From: a virus
Reading direction: 5' to 3' (one strand)
UHGV virus genome: UHGV-0355102
Length of the DNA stretch: 11,853 bases
In this document: piece by piece, positions 7,469-11,853 of the stretch
How positions within the stretch are numbered: position 1 is the first letter of the stretch
Layout of the letters: each line of letters starts with the position of its first letter
The notes under the pieces: model-generated
Told to the model about the DNA's origin: nothing
What the model saw: the letters and a program-made list of their open reading frames with translations, nothing else
The model's database searches: none
Program-made: the position numbers and the translations under genes

Positions 7469-9175
7469 TCAGTGAGCCATCCAGTGTGTGGTTCTGCGTT
7501 TATCCGTTTTCTGTCTTACCCTCACCGGCATTCTGGCGCGCATCTCCTGGGCAATCATGTAGCTCATAAGCTGATCATCAAAACAGCCTTCCTGTGCATT
7601 CATGGAGCCTTTCGCGTCATAAACGTAGGTGTTCATTTCTGATAATGTGCCCGTCCAGCGGATCCCCGACAGGCCGTTATTCAGCAGCGTTTTCATTCCC
7701 TCAGTCAGGACCGGTTTACTCTGGCGGGTTGTCAGCCAGCCAAGACGGGGCGTATCGTCGTCATATGCCTGGTCAAGGTGCTGTTCGTTGTAGATATAAC
7801 GCGTCGGATAGAGTTCCCGGAGTTTCAGGATAACGGCATGTCCGTGATTGTTACGCTCCGGCCCCACAAACGCGTTGTTGTACATACGGCAGACCTGCGC
7901 AATGAGATGAGCGAAAAGCTCCGCATCGAGATGACCAAACCAGTGGGCTACCTGCTCACCATTACTACATCTGATGATATCCAGCGATGAGCGGTCTCCG
8001 TGCTCCAGCCCCTCAGCGGTATCCGCTCCGCATACATACTCTTCATCCGGATCCGGTAGCTCCCAGACCAGCAGATAATTCATCAGCGTCCGGTGCTGTT
8101 CGGCTTTATTCCCGTCACGCAGAGACTGCGCTTTGGTCTTCGTTCCTGTAACCGGTTCAATGTCATAAACAATCAGCGGTGGCGAACAGAATGACTCTGC
8201 CTGCAGCGTGCTTTCCGCACTGAACACCCGTCGTCCGGACGTCAGAAACGCCTCCTGTGGTGTTGAGGGAAACTCCTGCTTCATTTCCTCACGCTGTTCA
8301 GTTTCCTTGCAGATGTACCAGTGTTTCTGCTCATCGGTAAGCGTGATGTTCATTGCTTTTTCAACCGCAGAAAAATACGCTGTTTTTTCCCGTGACAGCT
8401 TAAGTCCGCTTTCCGGCACTCTGGCGCTGTATTTGAGATCCTGCCACCAGGCGTAAAAATGGAATTTATAATCCTGTGGCGTCAGCGCCAGCCCTGATGC
8501 AGTGATTTCCTGTGCCCGGTTACTCATCTCGTAAAAATCGCCACCCACACCTTCAGCAGTGGATTCATCAAAAATAATGCACTCATCAGAGACGGCATTA
8601 AGTGTACCGGTTCGCAGCTCTTTCGCCTTAGCCGGATATTTTGCGCAAATTTTGCCGTGCTCTGAGATATGCAGGCGCTGCACCGTACCTGAACGGAATG
8701 AGGTTGCCACCTGGATACTCGAGCCGTGCCCAAACAGGATATAGCCACCGCTGGCTCCGCTACGACGTTCAACGATGGTGAATGAGGCTCTCAGCCAGTC
8801 AGGAAGATGATCAAACGGTACAGCAATTTTGGTGCGGAAAATTTCACTGGCAGCCTGTTTATCCTGAGCGACAATCCCGCATTTGAGATGCGGTATGAAT
8901 AATGCCTGGTCGAGAAGATAAATATCAATGGCCGTGGAAAACCCCAGCTGGCGTGCTTTCAGGATAATATTTTTATTGTGCATGCTCCGGAACAACTGGC
9001 GCTGCGCCGGTCGCATTCTGAAGGTGACCAGCTCACCTTTTTCGTTCTGTATCTTGTAGAGATGATTGAGCCGCCACCAGGGATTGCTCAGTTTAGTCAT
9101 GATGAACAGACGTTGTTCGGCCTCTGTCATTTCTGACGGTTCATCACATCGCGGTTCATTCTTCCGGAATGTCAT
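7469..9175 (-). CDS. Terminase large subunit
   Basis: 568-aa ORF between the small terminase and portal genes; GGGGAG Shine-Dalgarno 5 nt upstream of the ATG at 9173-9175; stop overlaps the portal ATG (ATGA). Size and position are typical of a terminase large subunit; a possible Walker-A-like segment lies near the N-terminus. Confidence 0.8.
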   Translation of the reverse strand: MTFRKNEPRCDEPSEMTEAEQRLFIMTKLSNPWWRLNHLYKIQNEKGELVTFRMRPAQRQLFRSMHNKNIILKARQLGFSTAIDIYLLDQALFIPHLKCGIVAQDKQAASEIFRTKIAVPFDHLPDWLRASFTIVERRSGASGGYILFGHGSSIQVATSFRSGTVQRLHISEHGKICAKYPAKAKELRTGTLNAVSDECIIFDESTAEGVGGDFYEMSNRAQEITASGLALTPQDYKFHFYAWWQDLKYSARVPESGLKLSREKTAYFSAVEKAMNITLTDEQKHWYICKETEQREEMKQEFPSTPQEAFLTSGRRVFSAESTLQAESFCSPPLIVYDIEPVTGTKTKAQSLRDGNKAEQHRTLMNYLLVWELPDPDEEYVCGADTAEGLEHGDRSSLDIIRCSNGEQVAHWFGHLDAELFAHLIAQVCRMYNNAFVGPERNNHGHAVILKLRELYPTRYIYNEQHLDQAYDDDTPRLGWLTTRQSKPVLTEGMKTLLNNGLSGIRWTGTLSEMNTYVYDAKGSMNAQEGCFDDQLMSYMIAQEMRARMPVRVRQKTDKRRTTHWMAH

Positions 9176-9971
9176 CCAGTCTCCCCGAATTACTCATTTC
9201 ATGCAGCGATGACACGATGTCACTGACAGGCGTAACAACGCCCCGACGCTGGCTGGTCAGAATATCGGTTTCCGCTCTGAGTTTATCTCTGGCAGCGTTG
9301 GTTCTTTCCCGGTCAGCACGAAGTTTTGGTGCTGTTTCAGCCAGAACGTCCAGCGTCAGCAATGAGCGTTCAATTGACTCGATACGGGCAATATTCCGGT
9401 CAAGAGCCTGTTCAGCTTTGAGTATTTTGTCGTACAGAGCAACGCGGGTTTCCACGTCAGCCGCCTCTTTCAGGTCGGCGAACATTTTTTTCAGTGTTCC
9501 TGTTACTGAAAGTGCGCGGGCCCGGGTAAACACCAGTTCATCGGCAAGTTCCATTCCGACTGCATCATCTATGAGGTTATCTGCCTCGAGATACTTCGCG
9601 TATCCACGGTGTCTGACGGCGTGGGTGTTACGCTGAGAAAAAGCATTTGAAGGTGGCAAAAGTCTGGAACCACGAGTCCGTTTCGTTTCTGCCAAATTTG
9701 CGCATTTTTCATCACAACCATCATCGCCTGAAGGCTCGTCATGACTGGAGTTGCCGTCAGATTTCTGCGCACTTTTTTGATCATCAATTTGCGCATTTTT
9801 CTGCGCACTTTTCTCTGTATTTCTGGGGGAGTGTTTGCGCAGTTTAATGTACCGCCGAGCCGTGTCATAACTGATATTGTTCTGACGGCACCAGTCCTGA
9901 AGCTTTATGCCGGTTTTGACATGTTCGCGTCGAAATGCCTGCTCCAGCTTTTTCCAGTCCAGCTTTGCCAT
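9156..9971 (-). CDS. Terminase small subunit, putative (DNA-binding packaging protein)
   Basis: 271-aa ORF immediately upstream of, and overlapping by 20 nt, the large terminase gene; AAGGTG Shine-Dalgarno; basic N-terminus consistent with a DNA-binding domain; charged, predicted helical C-terminal half. Assignment is mainly positional. Confidence 0.55.
   Translation of the reverse strand: MAKLDWKKLEQAFRREHVKTGIKLQDWCRQNNISYDTARRYIKLRKHSPRNTEKSAQKNAQIDDQKSAQKSDGNSSHDEPSGDDGCDEKCANLAETKRTRGSRLLPPSNAFSQRNTHAVRHRGYAKYLEADNLIDDAVGMELADELVFTRARALSVTGTLKKMFADLKEAADVETRVALYDKILKAEQALDRNIARIESIERSLLTLDVLAETAPKLRADRERTNAARDKLRAETDILTSQRRGVVTPVSDIVSSLHEMSNSGRLDDIPEE
9695..9812. repeat. Cluster of short direct repeats inside the small terminase gene
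   Basis: AATTTGCGCATTTTT occurs at 9695-9709 and 9786-9800; TTTCTGCGCACTTTT occurs at 9762-9776 and 9798-9812; a related GTTTGCGCAG lies near 9833-9842. On the coding strand these give KSAQK/KNAQ peptide repeats. Confidence 0.6.
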
Positions 9972-10510
9972 GTCACCTTCTGACGTTCTCTGTTAAAAAC
10001 TGATGCACAATGACTGCTGTAAATTTTCAGATTTCACACAGCAGAGCCATGTCTGATTAATGTTTAACCTTATTTAGGTTATATCCGCTTCATTCCACTA
10101 CAGCACCAGATAGGCTGCCTCGCGGATAAATGCCAAAGTCTCCTGATATAGAAACCCGTCGCCACATCGAGCGCTGATCAACATTTGTATATTCACTGCG
10201 ACAGAAAGAATTTATTTTATTGAATAGTTAGAAATACAGAATTGCATGCTTTATAAGCATTGACGCACACTTCATTTTTAGCAATATATTCTGTTCTCAT
10301 AGACGATCAGCCCTGCATGCACTGCCGGACACCGTCGGCAATTTTACAGACCTAAGAGGCAATACCAAAAAGCTAACGCGCTTTATCAAGACTTGAACAA
10401 CCAACCAATAAAAAAAGCACCAGTACCGCTACCAATGCCCATTTCGTCGTTGTTCACAGCATTCTGTGTACCCACTGTATTTCGCGTCATATCACCACGT
10501 CAGACAATCC

Positions 10511-10539
10511 TTAAGGATTACATAAGATTTACGCATAAT
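10511..10539 (+). promoter_or_regulatory. Candidate sigma-70-like promoter for the cargo gene (weak)
   Basis: TTAAGG (10511-10516), 17-bp spacer, CATAAT (10534-10539), about 35 nt upstream of the ATG at 10574. An alternative is TTGACG at 10260-10265 with TATATT at 10285-10290 (19-bp spacer). Both are hexamer matches picked by eye only. Confidence 0.2.
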
Positions 10540-10573
10540 AATGCCCATTTTCAACACAGACAAGGGAATTTAT

Positions 10574-11155
10574 ATGTTAAATCAAACGCTAACAAAATCT
10601 CTTCTTATATTTTTACTTGTCATAATCGTTTCTGTATCCATCATATACATTGTAAGAACTCCAGTCAGACTTGATGTGAACGATGTCACTGAGATTAACC
10701 AGAAACATCCCATTATTTTTCTCATCCGGCATGGGGAAAGATGCGATCGCTCCCAAAGAATATGTCTTTCAGCACATGAGGGAATCACAGTAAACGGAGC
10801 TAACAAAGCTCAACAATATGGAGATAAATTCAGAAGAATGTTTCCATACTACAGTCTCTATTCTACAGACACACTCCGAACAATGCAGACAGCCACTTTT
10901 TTTTCGGGAGGTAAGACAGCAACTATTCCGGACATATCGACATGTGATGATAACGCAGTAAATAATATCCTTAAAATATCAAAATCAGATCATGTTACTG
11001 TGATTTTCACACATAATCACTGTCTGTCCAGAATTGCAAAAAAAATGAATGGATGGAGATTTAAACCTGATTATATGGGCACACTGGTTCTGCATCGGGA
11101 AAATCACAATCTGATTCTCGACGGACATTTAAAACCAAACGAGCTTACCCAGTGA
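10574..11155 (+). CDS. Ais/PmrG-family histidine phosphatase (LPS core heptose(II)-phosphate phosphatase-like), exported; prophage cargo gene
   Basis: 193-aa ORF from the ATG at 10574 with AAGGGA 7 nt upstream (the track ORF starts at an earlier ATG, 10541). Hydrophobic N-terminal signal/anchor, then an RHGERCDRS motif (histidine phosphatase RHG signature) and IFTHNHCL...FKPDY, which match my recollection of E. coli Ais across most of the length. Opposite strand to the phage genes and visibly AT-rich. Confidence 0.8.
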   Translation: MLNQTLTKSLLIFLLVIIVSVSIIYIVRTPVRLDVNDVTEINQKHPIIFLIRHGERCDRSQRICLSAHEGITVNGANKAQQYGDKFRRMFPYYSLYSTDTLRTMQTATFFSGGKTATIPDISTCDDNAVNNILKISKSDHVTVIFTHNHCLSRIAKKMNGWRFKPDYMGTLVLHRENHNLILDGHLKPNELTQ

Positions 11156-11206
11156 TCCATTTGTTGATAATGCACTGGCATTGATTCAGGTTATATCTCT
11201 CCTCAT

Positions 11207-11231
11207 AAAAAAGGCCAGCGATTGAGCTGGC
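11207..11231 (-). terminator. Intrinsic terminator after Rz/Rz1 (minus strand), possibly bidirectional
   Basis: GCCAGC - 6-nt loop - GCTGGC (11214-11231); on the minus strand the hairpin is followed by TTTTTT (plus-strand A-run 11207-11212). It sits between the convergent Rz stop (11236) and the cargo gene stop (11155). Confidence 0.5.
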
Positions 11232-11235
11232 TCTG

Positions 11236-11694
11236 TTAATCGAGGCATTGCATCCTGATGTACTCCTGCAGGTAGTTAACCTGCGCGGTTATCTTGTCGA
11301 TTCCACTTCGGAGACGGTAATAATTGAGTTCAGCATCTGCTGTAAGTCCTGAGCTTTCTCCATCGCCCATGCCGCTGGCTCCGGTCGTTGACTTTGCACA
11401 GGTGGCGGCGACTTGCAGGCGCTTACGCCCAGCAGAAACATCAGCACGGAGACTTTCAATAGTCGCGTTAGCATCAGCAAGCTCCCTGGTGTATCTGGCA
11501 TCGAGTGCAGCAACATCACGCTGGCGCTGCTGTATGTCAGCAATGGTGGCGTTCGCCTGGCTGAGTTTTGTCTTCGCATCATCTCGCTGCTCTTTGTAGG
11601 TGATGGCGTTATCACGGTAATGGTCTGTTGCCAGCCACAGCGATCCACAACCAAGCAGCAGGACAATAAGCACGCCATACAGCACACGATTCAT
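11236..11694 (-). CDS. Rz: Spanin, inner-membrane subunit (Rz, i-spanin)
   Basis: 152-aa protein from the ATG at 11692-11694 (MNRVLYGVLIVLLLGCGSLW...HYRDNAITYKEQRD...RQRDVAALDARYTRELADA...), closely resembling lambda Rz as I recall it: N-terminal transmembrane helix plus a periplasmic coiled coil. The track ORF starts 19 codons further upstream, which I do not accept. Confidence 0.9.
   Translation of the reverse strand: MNRVLYGVLIVLLLGCGSLWLATDHYRDNAITYKEQRDDAKTKLSQANATIADIQQRQRDVAALDARYTRELADANATIESLRADVSAGRKRLQVAATCAKSTTGASGMGDGESSGLTADAELNYYRLRSGIDKITAQVNYLQEYIRMQCLD
11289..11474 (-). CDS. Rz1: Spanin, outer-membrane lipoprotein subunit (Rz1, o-spanin), embedded in Rz in the +1 frame
   Basis: A 61-aa ORF lying entirely inside Rz in another frame: MLTRLLKVSVLMFLLGVSAC, a lipoprotein signal with a VSAC lipobox, followed by a proline-rich mature peptide KSPPPVQSQRPEPAAW. 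The exact start is uncertain; an alternative Met lies 11 codons downstream. Confidence 0.75.
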   Translation of the reverse strand: MLTRLLKVSVLMFLLGVSACKSPPPVQSQRPEPAAWAMEKAQDLQQMLNSIITVSEVESTR

Positions 11695-11695
11695 A

Positions 11696-11809
11696 TCACC
11701 ACCAACGGATTGCCCAGACCAGAACAGCAATTGCCACAATACGAATGGCAAAAGCTGCCGCTCTTGTTAAATCCAGACTTGCTGGCGTCTCCACCTCAAT
11801 GCCTTTCAT
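11696..11809 (-). CDS. Small single-pass membrane protein (37 aa), or the C-terminal end of a longer gene entering from beyond the right edge
   Basis: ATG at 11807-11809 with GAGG about 9 nt upstream; encodes MKGIEVETPASLDLTRAAAFAIRIVAIAVLVWAIRWW; stop 1 nt before the Rz ATG. The same frame is open to the window edge (11853), so it could instead be the tail of a longer upstream gene. The other two frames contain stops. Confidence 0.3.
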   Translation of the reverse strand: MKGIEVETPASLDLTRAAAFAIRIVAIAVLVWAIRWW

Positions 11810-11853
11810 AATGGACAACCTCAGAAAGAATCTTTTATACTTCCTCACAGGGA

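Larger units (their letters stand above)
5151..7469 (-). pseudogene. Portal protein gene, disrupted by an internal inverted segment flanked by duplications (intact product would be about 714 aa)
   Basis: Minus-strand ORF 6069..7469 encodes a 441-aa N-terminal part followed by 25 junk codons and a stop. The next 105 codons (MGVYSAF...IALAPV) are on the plus strand at 5831..6146. The C-terminal 168 codons (QQTPAFKAQLAQRMSEVIQ...HELPL) are on the minus strand at 5151..5656. Joined in that order the reading frame is continuous and gives about 714 aa, the size of a P22-type portal, with a Gln/Glu-rich C-terminal helical region. Confidence 0.75.

Noticed and set aside
7594-8772. Short ORFs on both strands inside the terminase large subunit gene (7594..7833, 7778..7990, 8208..8456, 8524..8772, 8559..8744)
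   Set aside because: All are nested within the 568-aa terminase ORF; shadow frames with no independent signals.
9695-9842. Direct repeat cluster as a CRISPR array
   Set aside because: The repeats are 13-15 bp, irregularly spaced, lie inside a coding sequence and have no spacer architecture.
10541-10573. Upstream ATG (10541) as the start of the phosphatase gene
   Set aside because: The ATG at 10574 has a well-spaced AAGGGA ribosome-binding site and begins directly at the signal peptide; the extra 11 codons have none.
10393-10674. 93-aa plus-strand ORF overlapping the start of the cargo gene
   Set aside because: Different frame from the phosphatase gene, no ribosome-binding site, and it would run through the phosphatase signal peptide; the phosphatase frame has clear motif support.
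11289-11687. Full 132-aa ORF in the Rz1 frame
   Set aside because: Only the C-terminal 61 codons (or fewer) look like a lipoprotein; the upstream part is a Cys-rich shadow of the Rz frame.
11695-11751. 19-codon N-terminal extension of Rz (MPFVLWQLLFWSGQSVGGD)
   Set aside because: Lambda Rz, as I recall it, starts at the Met immediately preceding the transmembrane helix, which matches the MNRV start; the extension would overlap the upstream ORF.

Overview
This window reads as the late (lysis and morphogenesis) region of a lambdoid / P22-like prophage from an enterobacterial host, with almost all genes on the minus strand. In transcription order (high to low coordinates): a short ORF or gene tail at the right edge, the Rz/Rz1 spanin pair, terminase small and large subunits, a portal gene, a putative scaffold, a major capsid protein, four small hypothetical virion genes, and the start of a tail fibre gene running off the left edge. 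The one plus-strand gene is a visibly AT-rich cargo gene (moron) between the lysis and packaging modules, encoding an Ais/PmrG-like histidine phosphatase. The most striking feature is in the portal gene: a 403-bp internal piece is present in inverted orientation, bracketed by two interleaved pairs of perfect 87-bp inverted repeats, which splits a roughly 714-aa portal into three pieces. Product calls rest on recalled protein similarity, gene order and size; no database search was run. I found no CRISPR array, tRNA, rRNA or integrase in the window.
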